This document shows, one piece after another, positions 45,501-53,906 of a DNA stretch of 64,000 bases. A program made the position numbers and the translations under genes. Numbering within the stretch: the first letter of the stretch is position 1; every line of letters begins with the position of its first letter. This DNA is from an uncultured Gemmatimonadales bacterium. GTDB lineage: Bacteria; Gemmatimonadota; Gemmatimonadetes; Longimicrobiales; RSA9. The DNA is taken from assembly GCA_963741945.1 (NCBI GenBank), contig CAVUKA010000002.1:1-64000 (forward strand). Reading direction: 5' to 3'. The notes beneath the pieces were generated by a model. The model was not told the DNA's origin, did no database searches, and saw only the letters and a program-made list of their open reading frames with translations.

Positions 45501-45901
45501 CGCGGCTGCGGCAGCTGTGTCGCCTGACGCTGGCGGAGTTCGACCGGCCGATGGACGCGGGCAGCGGTGAGCCGGTGGAGCTGGACGAGATCGTGGCGCT
45601 GGTCGAAGCGGTCCGCGCGTCGGCCGTGTGGGACGAAGTGCGGCGCGCCCGGCACGTGCTGGTGGAAGCGCACCTGGCGTTCGCCATGGATGCGGCGGAA
45701 GCGGCGCGGCTGGGCGTGGACTCCCCGGCGGAGCGGGAGCTGTTCGAGGGCACCATCGACCTGGCGTTCCAGGACGAGCGTGGCCGCTGGAACATCGTGG
45801 ACTTCAAGACCGACGCGGACATCCCCCCGGACCGCCGGCGGCTGTACGAGCGGCAGCTCGCGCTCTACGCCGAGGGGCTGGCGCGCGCCGACGGGGCCTG
45901 A
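42536..45901 (+). CDS. AddA-like UvrD helicase-nuclease subunit
   Basis: EAGAGSGKT, VTFTRKAA, LVDEFQDT, VGDPKQSIYRFR, HKAKGLE, LYVAATRAK and GTIDL...IVDFKT. Confidence 0.9.
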   Translation: MSGDDLQLRMPLIAGADDAAPKPPDDQPARDRILAELDANLLVEAGAGSGKTTSMVGRMVALVGAGRDVERMAAVTFTRKAAAELRERFQEKLECAFRDARAAGDAEGAARFGAALDALDRCFLGTIHAFCARLLRERPLEARVPPEFEEISGPDEDRLRAESWTRFLERLAARDGSRLVRAMADYGLTPARLHGAFRELSENPDVHYPAPAAPRPGAAEIAAVRRGLERLHDRSLALLPAAEHPDGRDDLQRKIHTLKVRRFVLGWDSDVAFMDALELAVQGSNRIVQKRWADERDGKAAARDLSEGWEEFCDEGSGASRLLRAWWAARYPVVIRFARAAAGAYQRDRLSVGQLTFQDLLVRTAALLRERPSARRELGERYRWLLVDEFQDTDPLQAEILFLLASEPAAAGDWRTLAPRPGALFVVGDPKQSIYRFRRADISVYNQVKRAFEGFGEVLALTTNFRSRPPIGAFVNPAFRNVFAPTATEHQAAFAELRVHLGDTPAQRVACYRFEPRPGRGKHSGKRISEPESALLASWIRSRIETGERRPADFMVLAMRKGELAAYARALEAHGVPVQVTGAGVGADHELSELILLLRALADPGDPVLTLAVLEGLFFGLSHQQLLDHARAGGRLSFAGETGSGPVADALRTLGRFWNTAQRLPADIAIATLVDELGILPWAAAGELGATRAGAVLYALDALRVAAGDGAASLAEAIEVLEAALAEEVDAPLVPGETDAVRVMNLHKAKGLEAPVVVLAYPAKLEPHPPTRHIARDAGGRAVGWLRVLDATQAGARTLAAPADWQAHEEAEAPYAAAEAGRLLYVAATRAKEELVVGRCTKTEDDGCWSALHETLDAPGVATEISPTLLDPAPRQPLAESPATLERRMADVAAARSGLGSPSYRARSITARVHGEGGGAITRDLPEGGHGDAGGRPRPDTRLVPVTGDALRAAGAIRSGGAAVRTRPADWGSAVHRALEAAGRGAAGARLRQLCRLTLAEFDRPMDAGSGEPVELDEIVALVEAVRASAVWDEVRRARHVLVEAHLAFAMDAAEAARLGVDSPAERELFEGTIDLAFQDERGRWNIVDFKTDADIPPDRRRLYERQLALYAEGLARADGA

Positions 45902-45908
45902 TCGCCAG

Positions 45909-46000
45909 CGGCCGCGTCCGCTCGCCAGAGGGTCGGGCTACCGTCGGCCGTGCCCGCTCGCCAGAGGGGTGGGCTACGGTCGGCCGTGTCCGCTCGCCAG
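45909..46000. repeat. 36-bp tandem repeat (~2.6 copies) at the addA/yhaN convergence
   Basis: cggccg(c/t)g(t/c)ccgctcgccagaggg..gggctac.gt repeated. Confidence 0.85.
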
Positions 46001-49000
46001 GATGGCGGGTCCGCGGGCGAAGCGGTCGAGGAGGGCGTCGATGTCGGCGGGGTCCAGTGATGGCGCGACGCGGGCGGCGTCGGCGGAGAGGGCCAGGCGG
46101 AGCTCGGCGGCCGAGAGCGGCTCGGCTTCGGCCATGTAGCCGTTCTCCCGCAGCCAGTCCCGCAGCTCTTCGGTCTTGGCTGCGTGGAAGCGCTCGACCT
46201 GCCGGTCCTCGAGGGCGGCGATGAGCGCGCGGGCGTCCCCGTCCACGCGCTCGCACAGGTCGCAGACCCGGTCGAACATGGTGTCCGAAACGGCGGGCGC
46301 GTCGGCCAGCGCGGCGCGGTCCACGGCCTGACCGCGGCCGCTTCGCCAGAGCTGGAGGAAGCGCTCGCACAGTGCGGCGGCGCTCGCCGCCCGCTCCAGT
46401 GCGGCCCGGAGCGCCGCGTCGGGCGCGGCGGTCACGCGGCCAACCCGCTCGAGCTGCCCCCATCGCGTGATCCCGCGCTTCAGCAGCCCGTGCAGCGCGT
46501 CGGGTTCATCCAGCAGGTACCACAGGTGCACGCCGCCGAGCCCGTCGGACCACGGATCGAGGCGGGGCACGGCGAGCGCGCGGCCGTACGCGTCGTAGTC
46601 GAGGCCATCGGGCGACGGCACGGCCTCTACCGGGTCGGCGGACCACTCGATCTCCGCCGCGATCGGGCCACGGAGCTGCCCGCGCTCCGGTCCCGCGCCA
46701 TCTCCTCCGCCGTCCAGCGACCGGACCCCCCAGTCCACGTCGGGCGCGGCGTCGAGCGCGCGCCGCCACCTGGCGAGCTCGTCCGCCTGGGCAGTGAAGT
46801 AGAAGATCTGGCGGCCGCGGCGGGCGAGGCCGATGGCGGCCTCGATGATGGCGTCGGCGCGCTGCTCGTCGGAGTTGGCGAGGACCTCGTCCAGGAGCAG
46901 CGGTAGTGCGGCGCCCGCCTCCTGCGTCTCCACGAACGCCACGCGCACGGCCAGGAGCAGCTGGAGCCGCGTCCCCGAGGACAGCTCGTCCAGGGCGTGG
47001 CCGCGGCCGGTGACCGTGTCCCGCGCCCGGAAAGAGCCGTCGTGGCCCAGGTCCAGCACGTACCGGTGCCGCGTGATGGTCTCCAGCAGGTCCCTCGCCC
47101 GCTCGAACACAGCCGGCCGGCCGTGGTCCGCCGCGCGCGCGCCGAGCCACTCCACCAGGGCGACGCCGACCTCGGCCTCCACGTCCGCGGCGCGCTGGTC
47201 CCGGAGCGCCGCCATCGCCGCGTCCACTCCGGCGAGCGCCTCTTCCACGTCGTGTTTCCGGCGCGCTTCGGCAAGGCGCGTCTCGATCTGCGTGATGCTC
47301 CGGGCCAGCGATGTGGCGCCCGCCATGGCCTCCTCCGCCCCTGCGAGCGCCTGCTCGAGTCCCGGGATCCCGCCGGGAGAGGCCGCTTCCACGGCCGCCC
47401 GAGCGGTGGACCCTTCGGGCGCAATGTCGTCCAGCGACCGCTCGAGCAGCGATCGACGCGTCCCGGCCTCGTCGGCCGCGCGTCTCGCCTCCCGGTAGTC
47501 CTCGACGAGCTCCGCCCTGGACCGGAGCTCGTGCTCCCGCTCCGGCGGCAGCCCGGCGGCGTCGAACACCCCGGCGCGCTCGGAGAGCCCGCTGGCCCGG
47601 TCCTGCTCGGCGCGCTCGCGGTCGCGGAGCGCGGCTTCCCGGGCGGCGACTGCGGCCGCGTGGCGCTCGCGCCGGCCCCGCAGGTCGCGGGCAAGGGCGG
47701 CCAGCGCGGCCACCGACTCCCTGGCCCGCCCGACGTCGTCCTCCGCGCAGTGGTCGGCGGCCAGGTCGGCGCCGGCCGCGAGGGCGGCGGAAAGCGCGGC
47801 CGCGTGCCCGGCGAGATCGGCTGCCCGGGCGACTTCGGCGCGCCGGGCCGCGCTCCACTCCCGCAGCCGGGTGGCGGTGACGTGGAGCGCCAGGTCATCC
47901 GTCGCGGGCGCCAGCCCGAGCGCGGTGGCAACCCGCTCCCGTTCGGACCGGAGCGCCGCCGCGTCCTCTTCGAGCTGCGGACGCATCGCTTCAAGACGGG
48001 CCGCCTCCTGCGCTCGCAGCTCGCCACTCTTCACTTCCGCCCGGACGGCGGCCAGCCGCCGGTCCAACCCGCGCAGCGCGCTCTCCACGGCGTCCGCCGT
48101 CCACGCCGTCGGCGCTTCGCCAGCCTGTGTCGCCCGACGCTCCAGCGGCGTGCGGTCGGCCGACGACGGGCGGGGCCGCAGGACCAGGACGAGCGCCGCG
48201 GCCACCAGCGCGGCGGCGCCCAGGAGCGGCACGCCCACGAGAAGTGCCGCGCCGCCCGCCAGCGCCAGCGCGCCGGCGGCGACCAGCACGAGCATCCGCA
48301 AGCGCGTTTCGGCAGTCCCGCCACCCTCACCCGTGCGCAGCCACTCACGCAGGGCGCTGGCGGCGTCCTCCAGGTCGGTGAGCCGATCCGCCTCGGGGCT
48401 CTCCGAAGGAGCGCCCAGGACGCGCAGCCGCTCCTCCAGCGCGCTCCGCCGCTCCTCGAGCCGCTGCGCGCGCTCGATCAGGCGCTGGAGCGCGTCGGCC
48501 TCGGCCGCGGCGGGATCGGGGAGCGGATCGGCCTCCCGTTCGATCCCCAGCCGGGCGCCCGCCAGCTCCCGCTCCGCGGCGGCTTCAGCCAGCGCTTCAC
48601 GATCACGGACGATCTCCCGCTCGGCGTCGCGGGCCTGCTGCACGTGCTCGTCCAGCTCGTCCAGTCGCTGGGCCGGGAGGCCGGCCTCCCCGAGCCCGAC
48701 GCGCTCCAGCTCCTCCACGGCGGCGGCCGCCTTCTCCCGGGCGGCGGCGAGTTCCCGCTCGGCCTGCTCGATGGCGGCATCGCAGGCGTCCAGGCGTGAA
48801 GGCTCCTGGCCGTCCAGGCGATCCATGCCGTCCGGGAATGCCGCCAACCGCAGTTCGGCGGAGGCCAGCGCCTCGGCGGCGCGGGCCACTTCCAGCGCGC
48901 GGCGAAGCGCCTCGGCTGCGCCACCGCGCTCCCGGGCCACCCCGTGCGCGGACCGCAGCCGCGCCAGCTCCGTCACGGCCGCGCGCAGCTCCGACTCCTT

Positions 49001-49519
49001 CGCCTGCGCCTCCCGCAGCCGCGCCTCCGCGGAGCGCAGGTTCTGCTGGAGCGAGCGCGGCGCCCCGGCCGACTCGATCTTCAGCGCCGCGGCCGCACCA
49101 GCCACGTCGTACCCGCCCGCGGACTCCACGCGGATGCGGTCGGCCAGGTCGCGGTCCTCCTGGTCCGCGGACAGGAGCCCGTGAAGCGACAGGAAGTAGC
49201 GGTCGCGGGTGTCCGCCGGCGGGAGCGCCGGCGCACCGGCCTCCACGGTGTCCCGCTGCCAGCGGACACGCGGCGCGTCCAGCTCCACCAGCCACGCCGC
49301 GCCCTCCAGCTCGAAAGCGGCATCCACGCCGGCCGAGTCCGGCGCGGCCGTGCTCCAGAGCGCCGCCTGGAGCGCCCGTGCCGCCGTGGTCTTCCCCGAT
49401 GCGTTGGCCCCGTGCACCAGCGTCACGCCCCCGGGCAGGTCCTCGAGCCGCAGCCCGCCCCGGGGGAAGCCGGGCATGCGACGCACCACCAGCCAGCGGA
49501 ACCGGAGCGCGTCGCTCAT
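45974..49519 (-). CDS. YhaN/SbcC-like coiled-coil ABC ATPase
   Basis: Walker A HGANASGKTT, long coiled coil with a central hydrophobic hairpin, signature LSSGT and Walker B LLLDEVLANSD. Confidence 0.85.
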   Translation of the reverse strand: MSDALRFRWLVVRRMPGFPRGGLRLEDLPGGVTLVHGANASGKTTAARALQAALWSTAAPDSAGVDAAFELEGAAWLVELDAPRVRWQRDTVEAGAPALPPADTRDRYFLSLHGLLSADQEDRDLADRIRVESAGGYDVAGAAAALKIESAGAPRSLQQNLRSAEARLREAQAKESELRAAVTELARLRSAHGVARERGGAAEALRRALEVARAAEALASAELRLAAFPDGMDRLDGQEPSRLDACDAAIEQAERELAAAREKAAAAVEELERVGLGEAGLPAQRLDELDEHVQQARDAEREIVRDREALAEAAAERELAGARLGIEREADPLPDPAAAEADALQRLIERAQRLEERRSALEERLRVLGAPSESPEADRLTDLEDAASALREWLRTGEGGGTAETRLRMLVLVAAGALALAGGAALLVGVPLLGAAALVAAALVLVLRPRPSSADRTPLERRATQAGEAPTAWTADAVESALRGLDRRLAAVRAEVKSGELRAQEAARLEAMRPQLEEDAAALRSERERVATALGLAPATDDLALHVTATRLREWSAARRAEVARAADLAGHAAALSAALAAGADLAADHCAEDDVGRARESVAALAALARDLRGRRERHAAAVAAREAALRDRERAEQDRASGLSERAGVFDAAGLPPEREHELRSRAELVEDYREARRAADEAGTRRSLLERSLDDIAPEGSTARAAVEAASPGGIPGLEQALAGAEEAMAGATSLARSITQIETRLAEARRKHDVEEALAGVDAAMAALRDQRAADVEAEVGVALVEWLGARAADHGRPAVFERARDLLETITRHRYVLDLGHDGSFRARDTVTGRGHALDELSSGTRLQLLLAVRVAFVETQEAGAALPLLLDEVLANSDEQRADAIIEAAIGLARRGRQIFYFTAQADELARWRRALDAAPDVDWGVRSLDGGGDGAGPERGQLRGPIAAEIEWSADPVEAVPSPDGLDYDAYGRALAVPRLDPWSDGLGGVHLWYLLDEPDALHGLLKRGITRWGQLERVGRVTAAPDAALRAALERAASAAALCERFLQLWRSGRGQAVDRAALADAPAVSDTMFDRVCDLCERVDGDARALIAALEDRQVERFHAAKTEELRDWLRENGYMAEAEPLSAAELRLALSADAARVAPSLDPADIDALLDRFARGPAILASGHGRP

Positions 49520-50811
49520 GCGACCTCCTTGCGCCGCACCAGCTCGTCCAGCAGCCGCGACGCCTGGCGACGCAACGCGTCCCGGGCTCCGTCCCGGCCC
49601 GCGCCTTCCGCTCCCCGGACCGCCGCGAAATGGGAGCGCGCCAGCACGCGGTCGGCGGCGGACCGGGCCCGGGCGGTGACTTCCTCGAGGAGCGGATCCG
49701 GCTCTCCCGCGTCGAGGGCCAGGAGGAGGCGGGCGAGGAGCGCCGGCGCGTCGCTGCCGCGGGAGAGGTCGTCGAGGTCGAGGGCGGGGGCGGTGTCGTC
49801 GTCGAGACGGGCGTCCACCACCAGGCGGACGCCCTCCCGCTCCGGCAGCTCGAGCTCCTCGAGGCGGCCGAGCGCGGACGCCACGCGGGCGTACAGCGCC
49901 GTCCGGCCCGTCAGCCGGACGCGGCAGGAGAGCAGCCCGAGCGGACCGCACCCTTCCTCCACCACCGCGGCCAGCCGGGAGCGGAGCGCGTCCACGACGC
50001 GGGCGCGCAGCATGGCCTCGTCGCCCGCATCGGTCACGTCCACGTCCACCACCTCGTAGCGCACGGGTGAGAGCGCGAGCGGGCGGAAGCGCGGCGGCAC
50101 GCCGGGGCCGATCTCCAGCATCCACGCGCCGTGACGCCCGCGCTCGCCGGGGTCCAGCGCCAGCAGGGAGCCCGGGTAGAGGAGCGGGACGCGGCCGGCG
50201 TCGCGCAGCCCGGGGACGTGGACGTGCCCCAGCACCCACGCCGCCGGCCCGGCGGACTCCAGCGCCGCCACGGACACCGGGGCGTAGCGAGCTTCCCGGC
50301 CATCCAGGTCGCAGTGCAGCAGCCCGACCACGGGCGCGCCGTCGGCCGGCGGCTCGAACGCGTAGCCGGCCAGCGGATCGTCGCCCCAGCGGGCCTCCGG
50401 GAACGACCACCCGTCCACGTGCAGCAGCGGGCGGCCCTCGGGGTCCGCGAGCGTGTGGCGACGCCATTGCCCGCCCCGCCCGAGCACCACCAGGTGCTCC
50501 TGGCCGACCTCCTCCGCCACGTCGTGGAGCGTGGCATGGTCGTGGTTTCCCGCGACCGCCACCAGCGCGATCCCCGCCTCCTTCAGGCGCCGGACGCCCG
50601 CCTCGAGCGGGCCGTACGCCTCGAAATAGCGGTTGTCCTGGTCCACGACATCGCCGGCGAGCAGCACCGCGTCGACGCCGTCCGCCACCGCTCGATCCAC
50701 CAGCTCGAGCCACGCGGCCGCGGCGGAGACCGGCGATGCGGATGCGGGCAGACGGCTCGGCCTCCGCCCCAGGTGGAGGTCGGCCGCGCACAGCAGCTTG
50801 ACGTCGGACAT
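49516..50811 (-). CDS. YhaO/SbcD/Mre11-like metallophosphoesterase nuclease
   Basis: ADLHLG, AGDVVD, AGNHD, LGHVH and YPGS motifs; ATGA overlap with the ATPase gene. Confidence 0.92.
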   Translation of the reverse strand: MSDVKLLCAADLHLGRRPSRLPASASPVSAAAAWLELVDRAVADGVDAVLLAGDVVDQDNRYFEAYGPLEAGVRRLKEAGIALVAVAGNHDHATLHDVAEEVGQEHLVVLGRGGQWRRHTLADPEGRPLLHVDGWSFPEARWGDDPLAGYAFEPPADGAPVVGLLHCDLDGREARYAPVSVAALESAGPAAWVLGHVHVPGLRDAGRVPLLYPGSLLALDPGERGRHGAWMLEIGPGVPPRFRPLALSPVRYEVVDVDVTDAGDEAMLRARVVDALRSRLAAVVEEGCGPLGLLSCRVRLTGRTALYARVASALGRLEELELPEREGVRLVVDARLDDDTAPALDLDDLSRGSDAPALLARLLLALDAGEPDPLLEEVTARARSAADRVLARSHFAAVRGAEGAGRDGARDALRRQASRLLDELVRRKEVA

Positions 50812-50856
50812 GCGGGTGATGCTCGGTGATGCGGTGGCGAGGATACGGCCGCGTGT

Positions 50857-50878
50857 AGGGTAACACGGGGGTGGGACA
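50857..50878 (-). promoter_or_regulatory. Candidate PafBC-type promoter of the yhaO-yhaN operon
   Basis: Minus strand TGTCCC-ACCCCCGTGT-TACCCT, 45 nt before the ATG. Confidence 0.62.
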
Positions 50879-51024
50879 GGGAACAGCCGCGGCCCGGGAG
50901 CGGCTACCGCTGAACGGGTGTTCCGTTACATTGGACCGTGTGCCGGGGTGTTCGCCGGCGCCGCCAATGGAGTGGCAGATTCTCCCCGCGCCGCTCCCCA
51001 GCATTTCCGTCGATGATCCGAATC

Positions 51025-53457
51025 ATGAAGCGGTTCTCTTCCATGGGCGCGGCCATCCTCGCCGTGGCCGGGCTCGGGGTGCTCGCGTCCGGGTGCGACG
51101 ATCCGGCCGCCCCCGCCCCCGTGCCCACCTCCGTCCAGGCGGTGGCGGGTGATGGCCAGACCGGCACCGTGGGGACGCCGGTTCCGATCGCGCCGTCAAT
51201 CCGTGTGCTCGACCAGAACGGGCGGCCGATGGCGGACGTGACCGTGCGCTTCGGCGTGGCGGCCGGGGGTGGCTCCGTGGCGAAGCCGGAGGGAACGACG
51301 AACGAGGCGGGAGTGGCGTCGCCTGGATCGTGGACGCTGGGCACCCGCGCGGGGCCGAACACCCTGGCCGTGTCGGTGGGGCAGGCGGTCGGCGCGCTGA
51401 CCGCGACGGCGGCCGCGGGCGCTCCGGCCGCGATGAGCGCGCAAGCGGGCGACGGCCAGAGCGCGACCGTGGGCAGCGCTGTCGAGATCGCGCCGGCGGT
51501 GCGCGTGGAAGACCGGTACGGGAATCCGGTGGCGGGTCTGGCCGTGACGTTCGCCGAGACCGCGTCGCCTCCCGGAGACGGGGCCCGGGGGAGCGTGATC
51601 GCGGGGGCGGACGCCATCACGGACGCGGACGGTGTCGCGACGGCGGGGAGCTGGACGCTCGGGACGACGCTGGGAAGCTACGAGATCAGCGCGAGCGCGC
51701 AGGGGCTGGAGCCGGCGGTGTTCACGGCCTCGGCTCTGGCCGGGGCGGGCGCGGCGGTGGAGAAAGCCGCGGGCGACGGGCAGAGCGCACGCGTCCTGAC
51801 CGCCGTTTCCGTGGCGCCGGCCGTGCGGGTCACGGACGCCTTCGGCAACCCCGTGGCCGGTGCGGCGGTCACGTTCGAAGTCACGGCCGGTGGCGGCGTG
51901 GTCGAGGGCGCGTTCCCCCGGACGGCTGCGGACGGAGTGGCGGCGGTGGGGAGCTGGACGGTGGGCCCGGCGCCGGGCGACAACGCCCTCACGGCGAGGG
52001 CGGAGGGCATCGGTGCCGTGACGTTCACGGCCGCGGCCAGACCGGCCGTCCCGGCCACCATCACGGTGGTCCGGGGCGCCGACCAGGCCGCCACTGTGGG
52101 AACGGCGGTGCGCGAGGAGCCCGCCGTGCGCGTGGACGACGAGGACGGCGTGCCGATCCCCGGTGTGGAGGTGACGTTCGGCGTCGCGTCCGGCGGCGGC
52201 ACGATCACGGGGGCGAGGGTGGTCACGGACGGCGGCGGCGAAGCGGCGGTCGGGTCGTGGACACTCGGCACCACGGCGGGCGAGAACGCGCTCGCCGTGG
52301 CCGCGGGGCCGGCATCCGCCACGATCCGCGCGACGGGGCGTCCCGGCGCGCCGGTGTCCATGAAGGCGGTGGCCGGGGACAGCCAGAGCGTCGCCACGGG
52401 CACAACCGTGCCAATCCGCCCGACCGTGCGGATCGAGGACTTCCACGGCAACGGTGTCCCCGATGTCCCGGTGACGTTCGCGGTCGAAACCGGCGGCGGA
52501 ACCGTGACGGGCGGCTCCGCCACGACGTCGCCCGACGGCGTCGCCGCCCCCGCGGGGTGGACCCTCGGCCCGAACCGGGGCGCGAACACGCTCACCACCA
52601 CGGCCGCATCGCTGCCGCCGGTGACCTTCACCGCCACTGCCACCGCGCCGGAGGGCGACGGCTCGTTCGACATCCAGGTGGTGGTGCTCGGCACGATGAC
52701 CGACGAACAGCTGGCCGCCTTCACCGCGGCCGCCGCCCGCTGGCAGGAAGTGATCACGGGCGACGTCCCCGACCACACGAGCACCCTCCCCGCCAACGGC
52801 TGCCAGCCCCAGGACATTGGCTACGTGGACGACCTCGTCATCTTCGCGCGCATCGACTCCATCGACGGCCAGGGCGGGATCCTCGGGCAGGCGGGGCCGT
52901 GCAACTTCCGCGCGGGTGGGCCGCCGTTCCCCGTGACCGGCCGCATGACCTTCGACAGCGCCGACGTGGCGAGCCTGCAGGAGCGCGGCACCTTCGGCGA
53001 CGTGATCCTCCACGAGATGGGGCACGTCCTCGGGATCGGCACCCTCTGGAGCGTGGGGCAGAACCACCTCCTGGCCGACGCGGGCGGCGCCGACCCCCAC
53101 TTCACCGGCCCGGGCGCCATCGCCGCCTTCGACAACGCGGGCGGCGCCGGCCGCACCGGCCCGAAGGTCCCCGTGGAGAACATGGGCGGCCCAGGCACCC
53201 GCGACGCCCACTGGCGCGAGAGCGTACACGGCAACGAGCTCATGACCGGTTGGCTCGGGACGGCCGGGAACCCGCTCAGCGCCATCACGGTGGCGAGCCT
53301 GCAGGACATGGGCTACTCGGTGGACATCTCCGCCGCCGATCCGTACGCCATCCCCCAGCCCAACGCAGCCCTCCGCGCACCGGGATCCGAAGGCTTCGAG
53401 CTTCGCGAGCTGCCGCTCGGCCCGCCGATTCCGCTGCCGCCATCCGCGAGCCGGTAA
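51025..53457 (+). CDS. Lipoprotein with ~5 Ig-like repeats and a C-terminal leishmanolysin (M8)-like zinc metallopeptidase
   Basis: LASGC lipobox, repeated AGDGQ..TVGT...P.VRV.D..GNP...VTF...WTLG units, and HEMGHVLG...HWRE...ELMTG. Confidence 0.85.
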   Translation: MKRFSSMGAAILAVAGLGVLASGCDDPAAPAPVPTSVQAVAGDGQTGTVGTPVPIAPSIRVLDQNGRPMADVTVRFGVAAGGGSVAKPEGTTNEAGVASPGSWTLGTRAGPNTLAVSVGQAVGALTATAAAGAPAAMSAQAGDGQSATVGSAVEIAPAVRVEDRYGNPVAGLAVTFAETASPPGDGARGSVIAGADAITDADGVATAGSWTLGTTLGSYEISASAQGLEPAVFTASALAGAGAAVEKAAGDGQSARVLTAVSVAPAVRVTDAFGNPVAGAAVTFEVTAGGGVVEGAFPRTAADGVAAVGSWTVGPAPGDNALTARAEGIGAVTFTAAARPAVPATITVVRGADQAATVGTAVREEPAVRVDDEDGVPIPGVEVTFGVASGGGTITGARVVTDGGGEAAVGSWTLGTTAGENALAVAAGPASATIRATGRPGAPVSMKAVAGDSQSVATGTTVPIRPTVRIEDFHGNGVPDVPVTFAVETGGGTVTGGSATTSPDGVAAPAGWTLGPNRGANTLTTTAASLPPVTFTATATAPEGDGSFDIQVVVLGTMTDEQLAAFTAAAARWQEVITGDVPDHTSTLPANGCQPQDIGYVDDLVIFARIDSIDGQGGILGQAGPCNFRAGGPPFPVTGRMTFDSADVASLQERGTFGDVILHEMGHVLGIGTLWSVGQNHLLADAGGADPHFTGPGAIAAFDNAGGAGRTGPKVPVENMGGPGTRDAHWRESVHGNELMTGWLGTAGNPLSAITVASLQDMGYSVDISAADPYAIPQPNAALRAPGSEGFELRELPLGPPIPLPPSASR

Positions 53458-53461
53458 AGCG

Positions 53462-53545
53462 GGGGTCTGGGGTCTGGGGTCTGGGGTCTGGGGTCTGGGG
53501 TCTGGGGTCTGGGGTCTGGGGTCTGGGGTCTGGGGTCTGGGGTCT
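53462..53545 (+). repeat. (GGGGTCT)12 heptamer tandem repeat
   Basis: Twelve perfect copies starting 4 nt after the peptidase stop codon. Confidence 0.97.
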
Positions 53546-53906
53546 GGGCGGCGCGGGCGAGACATCGATCGTCCAATCGACGCAGCGGACCGCACGGGTT
53601 GGTCGATCCACGGCGTAAGGGACCGTCCATCGTCCACCGGCGGCGGTCCACCCGATCCGCTGGTTGATGGACGGCGAATAGAGCCGTCGAGAGTCCAACC
53701 GCCCCGGGGGGAGGCATTCACTGGTCGATGTGCGGCTTCCAACCGAGCCCCGCACCGCGCCGGCCCCGCGCACCGCTCCGGCCACCCCCCACCGCACCGC
53801 CCACGCACCCCGCCCCCCGCCCCCGCCTACCCCCGTCTTTCGTCTCCGCCGGCCGCTCGCTATATCAGCCACCGGTCCCCCTCCCACCCGAAAGGCCCGG
53901 CTGACG

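Noticed and set aside
45909-46000. 36-bp repeats as a mini-CRISPR
   Set aside because: The units are contiguous with no unique spacers; they duplicate the yhaN-like stop region.
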